NCBI RefSeq assembly: GCF_018977255.1
Contig: NW_024704743.1
Location: 76,944,001 to 77,008,000, forward strand
Direction of reading: 5' to 3'
Source of the DNA: Callorhinchus milii
Lineage: Eukaryota
DNA length: 64,000 bases
The translations under genes were made by a program, and so were the position numbers. Positions 47,773 to 60,766 of this stretch are shown piece by piece (position 1 is the stretch's first letter; each line of letters begins with the position of its first letter). A model generated the notes under the pieces. The model was not told the DNA's origin. It saw only the letters and a list, made by a program, of their open reading frames with translations, and searched no databases.

Positions 47773-50144
47773 TAAACAGTAGAGTGAAAGGTAGAGTGAA
47801 AAATCCTTTTTCTTGTCTGATTCCCTTTGAGGATTCGGATATATTGCTCACCATAAACAATGAAAGTTGAGTGGGTATTTTCTATATCTAAACTTTAATC
47901 AGGCACAAGTGTCATAATTAATTAAATAAGACCTGAAGCCAACCATTCCACAGTTCCTCGTCCAGATTCTAAAATGTCTAGACAATGACTTCACCACTTT
48001 ACTTGAAAGAAAAAGAAGATTTTTTTCCCCAGTCCTTTGAAAGCAGCCAGCAAATCCGGAAGACAAACCTGCTGCAGGCTTCAAGAATGTACTTCAAACT
48101 GTGAATTTTATAATCCCGATTAGAGTCAAATCCATAGGCCTGCCAAATTTACTGACTGTGCCTTTATGTGTTCCAAAAAGGCCTGCATTAACACTCCCTG
48201 CTGCAATGGACTAAGCAGCATAATAGCCTCTTTCAGCACCTCTTGAACACTGATGAGTGTGGCAATCATTCAGCAGCCCAGTGCACTGTTAACAGCTAAT
48301 ACTGAAGTTAGCTTTCAATTACCAGTTTATTATTATAAGATGTCTGGGACCTGAGTGGTGATAGCCATATGCCAATAGCATTTTGAACATTTATATGCCA
48401 ACATATTTTCTGAAGTAGTGCATAGGATTTGAAAGCAGGCATGCAAAACGTTTATCTTTTCTTGATAAACTAAATGCTTGCAAGCCAGCAAAAGATGCTT
48501 GCTGAAACAGGGTTAAAGGATGAACAATGATCAGTAGATTAAGAGTTGCCTACATGATACCAGATTGTTACAGGTATTCCAAACTCCAACAGTCTAGTTG
48601 AGGACTATCTGAAAGTATATTTTGTGCCGCTTTCAGTTAAGATCCTGAAATAACGTTGATGTGCTTTGTATTTTTGATTTTTTCGTGAAGGCTCTATCTG
48701 CGTGTTAATATTAATTTGAATTGATATTAATGGACCTCTCCCTCTGTCATTTCTACAGATTTTCGTGGATTTTCCTCCCAGTTTATAATCCTTGTTCATT
48801 TCAAGTTCACCCTGATTTCAGACTAATTTACGATTTAGCTCATTGTTGATTATAAAACATCATTGGGTTCAAATGCTTCTGTTTGAGCACCTGCATAACA
48901 ACATGCGCTTCTAGTTTACCTCATTCTGTAAAGCTCATTGAAATGTTTCTTCAGCATTAAGGCGCTAATGTAAATTATATATTTTTCATTTTTGTATTAT
49001 ATAATATGGAATTTTCAAATCTCTCAAATCCAAATGTAATGCTCTCCAAATAGAATCATTTTTTATTTTGAAATATAGTCACTCTGGGTCCAACTGATTT
49101 TTTTCCTCATGCCAATTGTAGCACCTCTCGTGGTGCAGCAACTGTGAGTAACTACATTAACACAGAGCAAGGATCAAATCTGGTACTTTCTTTGGCTGAA
49201 TGACTTAGCTGCTCCCTGAATACATTTGCCGAGCAATCAGGGTGTCCAATATTCTACAGTTGACATAATAGAAATAGAATGACTAACTGCACAAATATTC
49301 CCTTTTTTTCCAGACTGCAGTACAAACAGAATGAGGCCAATGGTTCAGAGTCCTGATTGAGGCAAAAAAAAGTTTCATGCAGAAAATTATAGCTCAATCT
49401 TAGTGAATCAATGAATTTCTCCCTGTAAACTTAACAAACCTATTTTTTTCCTGACGAGCTAGAACTTGCAAAGTTATTAATAATTAATTTTGTCAAAATA
49501 TGAGCTCCCTTTTTGACTATTGGAGCTGTAAGACGGTTTGAACTAATGCACAGCTTATATGAATCAAGCTTGTCATGTCCAGTTTCAATTGTCGTGTTAT
49601 CGTGCATAAATAATAGACATCTTGGAGCGTTGTGTGATCATTACAATTTCTATGTAAATACTCTTCAAGTTGGCTCTCTTGATCAATTGAGTGATTGATA
49701 AACTCAATGAAAATGTAGCACACCAGTGCTACATTGAGACTAACACATTTTTAATAACATTGTTGGGTTTTGGATGCTGCAAGTCAAACTGAAATGCAAG
49801 TCAGAACATCAACTTTGTGTGAGAAAATCTGCACTCAAATGGAACGCATTGGCCTGAATGCTGAAGACCATTATCTCAAAATTTAAGATTGAGCAGAATT
49901 TTGGAATATTGTTTTATTCAGTCTTGGTTATTGTTCCCCATTTGCTTTTATGAATATCACATACCACACTGGGTTGTAAGAACACCACTCCAAAAGTAGG
50001 TTGCATCAGAGCGCATTCTCACATATAGTTATGACGTTCTTAATTAATGAATCCCAATTGAAATCACCATAATTGAGATCCCATGATATCTACCACATTA
50101 CTTCACTCATGGTCTTTCTCAATGTTCAAAATAAGTTTAATCAA

Positions 50145-50452
50145 TTTGCTTGGCAAAATCCATATTTCATGAATCCATTGCTGTCTAAGATTTAATAGAT
50201 TTATTAAAAATTGCTTCCTTTATAAAAGATTACGTAGATTTTTGACTGCACAAGTATGGTTGATAGACTTATAATTTCCAGGACCATGCAGCTGACTTTG
50301 TAAAAGGCTGGAAAAACATCAATTATTGCTAATCCTCTGGTGCAATTCTGTGTCCAATGAATTTTGGAACATTTATAATCCAGCTTTTCTTTCCTCTACC
50401 CTAATTTCTTTAAGTGGTATTGGGCACATTTCATCTGGTTTTGATGCTTTAA
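50145..50452 (-). mobile_element. Highly degraded CR1 RT N-terminal fragment
   Basis: KASKPDEMCPIPLKEI and PGNYKSIN remnants of K(S/A)PGPD..LKE and PGNYRPIS. Confidence 0.55.
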
Positions 50453-50688
50453 GAGTAATCAACTACATTACTTGATTAATGACAGTTTCATCATAAAATG
50501 AATGTAGATTAATGTAAAAGACTATTGCAGAACAACCATAACAACAAGAACAATATTACATTTGTATAGCACCTTTCACATCGGCAGGACATCCCAAGGT
50601 GCCTGACAATCAGTGTTTTCAACCTAGAATGATAGGAACAGGAAGAGTCTGTTCAGCCTGTTGAGCCTGTTTTGCCAATTTATTACAT

Positions 50689-50938
50689 CAGAATGGTCCA
50701 ACGAATGGTTTGCGGACCACAACAGGCTTGGGGGATGATTTCATCCAGTCCGCGTTTCCAACTTCATTGTCTGACAAGCAAATACAGACAACACGCAGGC
50801 CCTGAGGTAATCAGGAGATGCTCACCAGGGGCTCAGGCTCTGCCTGACAAAGGGACTGGCAAATATGCTTATGCAGCCCACTGATGTTACTCAAATCTGG
50901 CATCTGGCTCTCAGCAACCAAAAGGTTGGACCAACCTG
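50689..50938. mobile_element. 250-bp non-autonomous hAT-type DNA transposon (MITE) inserted in a CR1 tail
   Basis: 14-bp TIRs CAGAATGGTCCAAC / GTTGGACCAACCTG (12/14 match); 8-bp TSD TATTACAT/TATTAGAT; removing it restores the CR1 tail. Confidence 0.8.
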
Positions 50939-51964
50939 TATTAGATCATGGCAGAACGTTTCTCCACACCTCTTAATACCCTTACGCATAATAGCAAGAA
51001 ATGATCTGACATTATTGTATCTTACACAACCAGATTTGAATTCTTCATCAAATTGATACTAACTCACGTTTGAATTTCATGGAATTATAGAAATTACAGC
51101 AGAGGAGGAAGCCATTCTGCCCATTGAGTCTTATCTGGTATTAGCTCATTTACTGGAGATATTGATTCTAATCCCAAACACACTCGTCGTTTTGCTCTCC
51201 TATTCTTTTGTCATTACTTTTCCAGCTTTTGGAAGACACAAATTGCCATTTTGCAAATATTGCAACCCCATAGTGCCTTGATTCTGTTGTAGGTACCGTG
51301 ACAACTGAGTCAGGTTCTAGTGCAATTGTGTTGATACGTAAAAAGGAAAGAACATTAAAAGGTCCAGAAGTCCATCGACTGAGCTCAAAACAAAGCTTCA
51401 GTTAAGCTACTTTCCTATTGAATCCCTGAACTCTCTGAATTAAAGTGTAGATTTGTCTGGCCTTTAATCTGAAAACAAACTGGAGGTGCAAAGATCTCCC
51501 AATCAGAAAGAACTATTATTTTGATTATCTAAATAGGATAATACCAACAACAATAATAATAATAATTATAATCCTCGCATTTGATACAGTAACTTTCATG
51601 TTGGGGGGACGTCTCAAGATGTTTCACAAGATGCATTCTAAAGTGTAGTGACTGTGTCTTAACTCAGCCTGTGTTCTATAAAAAAAGTTCAGGTGCTGCC
51701 TCTAAGCTGATACACTTCATATATTTCAGCCAATTGGCTACAAACAAACAAACAAAGTGGCCAAAATGCACAAAGCAAACCATTGTCCCAGAGCTATGAG
51801 GGCTTTTAACTTGAAAAACGTTATAGTTTTTGCCAGTTTCATTTGTTTTACCTTACTGACCAAAATGAAGTAAATTGAAATTGCAACAAATCAATTTTTG
51901 TTAATTTCATCAACAGCCTTCAGGGAGATATATATGAACCGATTTCATTTTCAGAAGCGCCGAA

Positions 51965-52210
51965 GCAGCGGAACAAGAGGATAAAGGTTCAGGGTTGCAA
52001 AGGGCAATCTTAGGACAGACACTGGGAAGTGTTTCTTTACAAATAGGCTAATTAACAACTGCAAAGGGTTATAGGGAAGGACGGTTGAGGCCAGGTTGCT
52101 GGGCTCATTTAATAAACAGCTTTATGCTGTAATAGGAAGATGCGAGGACTTGTATTCTGGAGGAGTTAGGCCGAAGGATCTTCATCCTCCAAACGTTTCT
52201 TGTGATCTCT
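51965..52210 (+). mobile_element. Old CR1 3' end
   Basis: FRVAKGNLRTDTGKCFFTNRLIN remnant followed by a tail. Confidence 0.7.
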
Positions 52211-54964
52211 TCCAGTGATTGATAGGCTGTTCTAGTATGTTGTACAGTCAACAGTTTGAGCTAGAACAGAAGATTCCTGTCCATCTTCACATTATGCAGC
52301 CCAGCTGCACTAGATACATAAGGACAACATAACACATAACACCTTCCATGGTGGATTGATCCACAGAACAAAACCCAGCATCACCTAATAACAATGTCAA
52401 CTACAACACCCTTTTAGGTTACGATGTACTTTGAATATTACTATTCCACATTTATTCCAACTGAAAATGTACATATTCTAAACTCACCCAACATACAGTA
52501 TTGTCTATTTTTAAATGTATGTTTACTTGTATAATTTTGATGCAATTGGATATTAAATGCATACAATGTGTTACTTTACATGCTCCAACTGATATTATTC
52601 AGTCACTGGAAGAAATGTTGCTATCATTTGTATAAAAGGCCCAAACTATCTAGTGAGAGACACTTTGTATCACTATTGAAGAGACATTGGCTGTATAATA
52701 AATTCTGTTTTTGCTGACTTAAGAATTGGATCAGCATAATTCAAACACCGGTGTTTAATGTTTAATCAAATTGCTGCAGCCTGTCATGTGGGTCAAGACA
52801 TAACCACCAGTGTCTGTACTTTAGTGCTAAAAGGCTGGTTCTGATATTCATCAAAGCAGCACTTTCTGTCAAAACTTGCTTGTTATTTCAACACTGACTT
52901 TGTTATTGATTTATTGCTCTACCTAGTTACAGAAAAAATACTATTATAGGAAGGTAAACTCAAAGAGCAATTTGGTTTATTACATGGAAGCTGGAAATCT
53001 CGAATTATTTTGTGGGATGCAAAGTTATCGGCCCAGTGTTTTTCTTTGTATTGCTTACTATTGCATGAACATCTGGCATATGTATTTTACTGTATATTTA
53101 TTACACCGGATAAAATGTTCACACTGTGCTGTACAATTGTTTACTTGTTGCAAGATTCTGAAGTACATTGCACCAATTAATACCTAATACCTGATTCAAC
53201 GCTAAGCAAGTAAAACAGTGTGACTCTGTCTGATATTCGTCATAATACAAAAACAGATAATTTATCAAAAAAATGCATTTTTGTAATGTGAACCAACTAT
53301 TGTGTATGATAAGAAAAGATTGAGAGCAAAAATGTCAGTGCATTTGTTTTCATAAAAATGTGGGTAAAATTCATGGCAACACTGCACTTTGAAAGAAGAA
53401 TTGAAACGCTTCTGCATTCCACTATACAGGCTGTTCGCATTTACTCGACAAAGTGGCTTTTACCTGTCAATGTGCTCTGTGAGATATTGTTAGCATTAAA
53501 TTTGCCATTTACATTTTATTGTTGACATAATTGAAGAATGGATGCTCTTATGAAAATTAAACTTGTGGTTCTCATGGGCTACAGTAACCCTGTTAAAATG
53601 TAATGAGATTTTTTTATGCGCCTTGTTTTGATTTTTATTAAATAGAATAACAGTATGACTAATTCCTTGAGTCTAGACTCGGACAGAACATTATTGATAG
53701 GGCTGTGTGCAAATGGTCCTCCAGACCCAGCCTTTAATAGCTTAATAATGCATTATACTGCAACCTAAAATACTTTTTGCTGCGGTGCTTATTGTCATTA
53801 TTGAAAACACCTGGATGAACCATTTATCAAGGTTTCATGTAAAAGGTTCATTTGCTCATTAGCTTGTCAAGAAATATCTTAATTCAATTGCAACTCAGGG
53901 CAATTTTCCCATTGCTTAATGGAATTGGTTAAATAACAGAAACAATTAGTGAATTTCGCAACCAGAAAGTTAGACTTATTATTTAAAAGTTTCTGAAAAA
54001 GTAATACAAATTTACTTGATTGTCAGGCTTAGAAGCTAGTAGAATTTAACACGGCCTCGGAAACAAACTAATCTGAAGTGAGCTGATTTTAGATGCATTT
54101 GAAAATTCTATCCTAATTCAGATTGCTTCTCTTTTAAGAATAATGCTCCTGTAAGCATGCAGTGGGACTTTTTTATATGGCTTGGGGAGTGGTGGTTAAG
54201 ATGAAGAAGAGGAGAAATGGGGAGAGAGCAGGATCTGTTCAGGAAGCTCACAATTATATATAGAGTAAATAATAACAATAATAATAGTTGCATTTGATAG
54301 AGTGCCCTAACACATCATTGAGACATCTCAAAGCGCATCACAGAATATATTGTAAAGTGAATTGACTGTATATTTTCCAAAAGGTTGTGAATAGACGCCT
54401 ATAGTTGTGGCATCATCTCAAATTTATATTTGTTTTAAATTGGAACAGGATTATACAACACAAAACTTGTTCCCAATAATTCTAGCAATACATGCTGCAA
54501 GTCGGATATGTGATTTCATGTGTGCATAAATTGTCGTCCACATTTGGTCATCCTTTAACCTTCCGAGCTCCAGTGAAAAACTTCTCTTTACACTTGAACC
54601 ACCTCATAACTGAAAACCTTCATTCTTCCAATTTGCCTACAAAAAAACACAGTCACTTCACTTTACAGTAAATCCTGTGAAGTGCTTTTGAGGCATCCTT
54701 CTGATGTGGAGGCACTATATGAAATGTAAGGATTATTATTATTTTAACTGTGGCAAAACCAAGCTGTTGTACAAATACAGCACCAGCTCCTTCAGCACCA
54801 GTGCCTTCTGTGTCTCTGATTATAAAATCAAAGATTTTATTAGCATTTTTACAGCATTATCTACCTGTGCTTCCACTTTTACTAACTGCACACCAAGGTC
54901 TTTCTGCTTCTTTTACTCCATTTAAAATCTTACCATTTAAAGGTGCAATTTTATCATTACAGAA

Positions 54965-55320
54965 ATTAACTGCTTCACATTTGTTGACATGAACTTCAAC
55001 TGCCCACAAAGCTAGCCTATCTGTCACTCTTTGTCTTGCCTCCTCACCCAATTTAATGCCATCAGTAAATTTCAATACTGTTCATTCAATTCCAAAATCC
55101 AAATCATTTATGTATACAGTAAATAAGAGAGCCTTACACATCTCCTGTGGAACGCTCACCTCACCCAGTCCTTTTAATATAGCTGCTTGCTCCCTGTCTT
55201 CCAACCATCTCTCTATTCAGGCAGCCACAATCTCCTTGATTCCATATGCCATAATCCTTGCCTATTGTGTGATACCTTATCAAATGCTTTGTGAAAATCC
55301 ATGTAAATCACATCCAAGAC
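54965..55320 (-). mobile_element. Degraded CR1 RT fragment
   Basis: LDVIYMDFHKAFDKV and KFTDGIKLG (decayed FADDTKL) remnants. Confidence 0.75.
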
Positions 55321-55324
55321 AGCA

Positions 55325-55570
55325 GAACAGCATGGCATAGATTCCAGGTTGCAAAAGGCAATTCCAGAATAGATGCCAGAAAGAATTTCTTTACACTACA
55401 CAGAGGGTGGTTAACAGTTGAACAGATTGGCAGAATGGTGTAAAGACGAGGACATCTGATATATTTAAGAAAAGCTTGTTCCTGTAATGGGAAGACAGTT
55501 GGTGAGTATTCTGCAAGGATTAGATCAAATGCGATAAAGGGCCTTTGTTATTCACACATTTCTTGTGGCT
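55325..55570 (+). mobile_element. Old CR1 3' end
   Basis: Similar to 51965-52210. Confidence 0.6.
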
Positions 55571-57679
55571 TTTTAATTTTATAGGATTAGGCACTCTGAG
55601 GTGCTAACTACTGATTAGGAGCTATATGATGCAAGTTATCATTGCTGTTGTTGTTGAATTAATATTGCTGTTACCTCTGAGCATCAAAGCAGCATTATTA
55701 TTTAATATGATTGTTTGTTTCAGTGTCATATTGTGTGAGTTGAAAATCTCCAATTCCAAGTGATGCAGGGAGAGACAGTAATTTCCCTGGACTTCCAGAC
55801 CTCTAAGGGTTAAGTGTAAAACATGTAATAATTAAATTTTTTCAGCTACGCATTGAATAACGTTGCCTCCATGTCTATACTTCAATGCGCCTCATCCTGT
55901 GTCTCTGGGCTTTTTAATTTCTAAGTGCTTAATGTTTTAAATTCCAGATTACATAGAATTGCTTGTTATTGGTTCTGCAGGGACCACTTTGAAATGTTTT
56001 GATTTTGAAATTGAATCCCAGTGTAAAAATCAAGGGTATGACTTTTTAAACTTCATTTATTTTTTCATCTTCTGAAATTGTTCTGATGTATTACAGTTAA
56101 GCTGATGAAGCATTTTGCATTTAATTAAACTACAGTATTGCAAACATACTGTATTAGCCGAGTCTCTAAAATGGAATAAACACCCCTCTGGGTGTTTATT
56201 CTTCAAATTGAATGATGTATTAAAAAACTTGAGTACAATATGAATAGCACATAGCATACAATTCATTAACTTGACTAGTAGCAAGTGTTCATTGTAATTT
56301 AGATCATCCAAATGAGTGCTGTTTGTTTGTTGTCACAGAAACAACCTCTTGATTTGACCCACTTAAACTGTACAAATGTATCACATGACTTCATTGGTGC
56401 TGTCCTTCAGATGAGATGTTAAACTGAGGCCCCTTCTGACTCTTCAGGTGGATGTTAAAGATAACCTAGCATGAGTCAGAAAGAGAATAGAGTTTCTCCT
56501 AGTGACCTGATCAATGATGCTTCATTTTCATCATTCAACCATTCACTCCCCAGCGCTGGAATGTCACCTAGACTATAAACTCAAATTCCCAATGTGGGTC
56601 TTGAACCTACAATCTTCTTCTGAATCAGAGACCAGAGTGTTACCAATAAAGTCATCAACACAATTAATAATCTTTGCATTTGATAAAGCACTTATACACA
56701 TTGAAATGTTTCACAGTATTTTGTGGCAAAAGGGGTTGATTAATGAATGAGTTGCTGCAGGATCCCTGGGTGACTATTGTTCACTTGAATCTCAGTTAAG
56801 AGTGAAGTAATACTTAGTCTTCATTTGTGTTTGGTAATTTAGATTTGTTTACAGAAGGTAATAGTTAACATAAATACTGAATAAATTACAATGAGGCACA
56901 AGCCATAATTCCTGTTTGAATTGTACAACTTGAGTCCTGTCTTTGAACTAAGTGCTTCAATCTGTCTGCTTGAGTTGTTCAGGTTTGGCTTGTAGCCTAG
57001 TTAGTTCATTGATTTTGCCTGGGTGGGGGGGTAGGGGGAGGAGTAAACACTAAAATACTTATACACTGCAGCAACATCATGATACCTTCAGACAGACATT
57101 AGGTATTAATACAGGCTCAAAGATCAGCCTCCATAAGAATAGAAGATATGGATGCACCAATCAGAAGGTTGTGTTGAAGAAATGGTAGTGTCTTCATTGA
57201 CAATAAAGATGAAGTTCGCACAAACAAATAAGCTTGAGGAAATATCTGACAGAGTTGGTGGGATTCACAAGAAGGTATTTGCATGGAGGATGTACAGTGG
57301 ATGGATCAATTGTCATCTGAAAGAGAAAAATCGGTTTGCACTTCAGATGTGACCCTTTATCAAAACTGGAATAAAAGTTCACACCCAAAATGTTGAATTG
57401 TCGCTTTCGGACTCCGGGTGATTTGATGAGCATTTCCATTTGACATTTCTGATGTTCTGTCTGAAATTTATGATATTCCATAACAGATTTAATTTTATAA
57501 TTTTGAAATAATGAAAACGTGTTAAAAGTGTTGCAAATTTCACCCCAATATATTCAGCAATCTCAGTTCGCTCTTAGACCTGCATGGATGCTATGAATGC
57601 AGGTGTACAATAATGTATGGCTTTTTTCACTCTTAGATTTGCCTATTCACAAGTGACGCACTGCTCTGATTATAAAAGG

Positions 57680-58062
57680 GTGACAGCCTGGCTCAGTTAG
57701 TAGCATTCTCATGTCTGAATCAGAAGCTTGTGGGTTCAAGCCCCATGGCTTATATTCACTTTGATGAAGTGCTGGTGATGTGCTGCATTGTTGGAGATGC
57801 CGAACTTTGAATGAGTCATTAAATCAAGTTCCTAACTGAATGTTGAGGTGGAAGAGAAAGGAGTTTCTTTCAGTATTTTGACTACCAATCCCCCAAATAA
57901 ATTGGTCATTCATCATAGCTGTTTGTGGGACATTGCAGTTTGTAAATTGACTTCTGCATTCGCTCACAAATACACAGTAAATACGCCTAGCAAAAAAGTT
58001 ATGAAGCCCTTCGAAACTTTCAAATATATAGACACTATATCAAATTCAAGGAGTATTGTTAC
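57680..58062 (+). mobile_element. SINE family B
   Basis: GTGACAGCCTGGCTCAGTTAGTAGCA head, GGTTCAAGCCC box B, core and tail. Confidence 0.82.
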
Positions 58063-58202
58063 TGCAAGCTGGTGATAAATAAAACATTGCTTTATAATAA
58101 TGATCCTTGTGCTTTAATATAGTGCTTTATCATATTGTTAAACAACTGAAAGGATTTACTGTAGGATGTATTGATTCCAAATCCCAAGGCCCTGATTGGG
58201 TG

Positions 58203-58230
<28 letters not shown>
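58203..58230. repeat. (CA)14 microsatellite
   Basis: Perfect CA run. Confidence 0.95.
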
Positions 58231-58233
<3 letters not shown>

Positions 58234-59019
58234 GCCAATTCATGCACAGCTATCCATTTTTGTAACATTTAGAATTATAAGTGAAATATTAAATTTCACT
58301 AAGAAATGTAATATTTTTATTATTTTAATTTCAACATTTTATTTGTATTTAATATTTCTTAAATGAGAATGTTTCTGTAGAATTTCCTCTAGTTACAAAT
58401 AGAAGTGTAGCTTCTAGGTTACTTTTGACACTTTTTTGGCACTATTTTATCTAGATTTATTTTGGAATGTAGCAAACATGGGGGTTGGGAGAGGAAGAGT
58501 TGCTATCTGCGCTCCAATCAACAGCACAACATCCATACCAAAAGCCACAACCTGGTTTCTGCACAGAAGGGTGTTTTATGTAATAATGGTCCTTTGCATT
58601 TGATTTAGCGCCTTATCATATTGTTGAAAAGTCAGTGGATGGTTATGAAACAACTTATTGAGCAATTTCAAGATTTGTTTATTTGCTGAAGGGGAAATCC
58701 CCTTTAAAAGGGCTGCTCTTAGACAGGGCGGTGAAGTAAGATACTCTGACTCCCAGGTCACAATGGCTGGAGTGCACGGCACAGCCAAGGAAAGTACGGA
58801 AATCAGCCAACTTCAAACAGCACTGCAAAAACTGGTGGAAATCCAGGACTCTATGACATGGAAAGGAAATAGGAATGATGATTCCAAAAGTGGAATACTC
58901 CCAAACATTCCTTCTACTTACATTACTGTGGCTTTCTGAGAAGTTGTTAACTAACCAGAATAAGTTCAGTACAATACATGCAGGCTGCTGCTTTAGTTCC
59001 CTCTATGTCACAGGATTAA

Positions 59020-59335
59020 AGTCCTGTAGCTCAGTGGTTAGAGCACTCGCCTTGCAAGCGAGACACCTGGGTTCAATTCCAGGCAGGACGAAACCTTGGG
59101 CAAGTTTCCTTACTCCACACGCCTAATAATAATCCCTCCAAAAAAACAAAAACAATAATAAATTGGTCATTTTCAATCCACGACTGTTTGTGGGACACTC
59201 CTATGTGCAATTGGCTGCAGCGTTTCAACCATAAATGTACGGTCAATTCACTTTACAGTCTATTCTGTGAAGCACTTTGAGACGTCAAGAAGTGAAAAGT
59301 GCTATATCAAATGCAAGGATTATTCTTATATTATA
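59020..59335 (+). mobile_element. SINE family A, short variant
   Basis: AGTCCTGTAGCTCAGTGGTTAGAGCACTCGCCTTGCAAGCGAG head, core and tail. Confidence 0.93.
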
Positions 59336-59584
59336 TAAAGGGTTTAGCTAATTTTCATACAAATGGTTAAGCTATAAATGTTCTTCTAATCAGGAGCAAA
59401 GGTTTGGAAGAAAACATTCTGGTGCATTATTTGCACTATTTCTTAAGATTCTGTTGGTAGTCTCATGGACTCACAGGATTGACTGCTCCAGATGCACATC
59501 ATGTTGAGGGCAGTGTTTGTGAGGCAGCGTGAAGTAATTTCAGTATTTAGGAGTCCCCATGTGTGCAACTGAAAATGTTGTACT

Positions 59585-60172
59585 AACTATAATAAATGAT
59601 GCTTATATAGTACTTTTCATGCAGGGGAATGTCTCAAATGCTTTACAAAGGCAGAATGGGAGCCCAAGCAGGATGGAAAATAGGGGAGAAGGGGCCACAG
59701 ATGTAGTGAGAGATATTAGTGTTCAGACGAGATTTGAAAATGGAGAGTGAGCGAGCAAATTTCGGATGACAATTTCAGAGAATGGGAGTAAGACAGCTGA
59801 AAGTCTACTGATGGAGTGTGGAGTGTGCAGAGTCCTTGAAGCAGGCTGTAGAGGTATTTGAAGGTAAGGACAAGGATCATAATGTTGATCTGCTGGGAGA
59901 TAGAAGGCTATTGGAGCCTGGTGTGGATTGGTTTGCTGGGCTCTCTGAACTTGTCCAGGAGAGAATATGGGCAGTGGAGCACTGGATGGTATTGAGCTTG
60001 TAGAGGGTAGAGTTGCTGATGAACAGGACATTCTGCAGGTGGCGAAGATGTGGATGAGGGTTTTGGCCGTTTGGGAGAGTGGATAAGACGGATGCAGGCA
60101 ATGATTTCTGTTTGCCCACATTAAGCTGGAGAAAGTTAAAGCTCATCCAGGACTTCATATTTGACTGGCAGT
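59585..60172 (-). mobile_element. Degraded L2 fragment
   Basis: CQSNMKSWMSFNFLQLNVGK and TAKTLIHIFAT remnants; decayed tail near 59590-59645. Confidence 0.75.
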
Positions 60173-60567
60173 TTGTTATAACTGTTATATTATAACTAAA
60201 CAAAATATAGGGGACAGAACTGTGAAGATAGATTGGCCATCCAGTGATTTTCTCTCTTATAAAGAGAAGTCTGTGGTAGAAATTAAATCTTTGTTAAATA
60301 CATTGGGCCATATTACAGTATACAGTCTGTATATAGCACTATGGATCTCATAGTACACTGTCTTCCAGCTTCGGATGCTGACTGGCACAGAGGACATCGG
60401 TGGTGACTCGGGTGACCTTTAGTGATGTTACTGCTGACTGACTGGCTAACTGTGTACAGTGCCCAGGTGACGCGGGGCTTGATGACATAACTGGAGGCCC
60501 TGGCTACCCCAAAAGTAATGGCAAATGGCTGGTCTGTAATGTACTCCAGACACTGTACTACAATAAT

Positions 60568-60766
60568 ATTAATAATAATCCTTGCATTCGATATAGCGCC
60601 TTATCACATCTTCAAGACATCTCAAAGCACTTCACAGAATACAGCACACTGTAAAGTGAATTGACTATATTTGTGGGCAAAACGCGGCAGCCAATTGCAC
60701 ACAGCAGTGTACCACAAACTGTCGTGGATTGACTGGCAAAATTATTTTTTTTTAAAAGGATTATTG
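60568..60766 (-). mobile_element. SINE family A, 3' half
   Basis: Tail and core on the minus strand; head absent. Confidence 0.85.

Noticed and set aside
58658..58939. 93-aa ORF with a coiled-coil-like stretch (ISQLQTALQKLVEIQ)
   Set aside because: Non-ATG start, no recognisable domain and no splice support; at most a decayed TE fragment.
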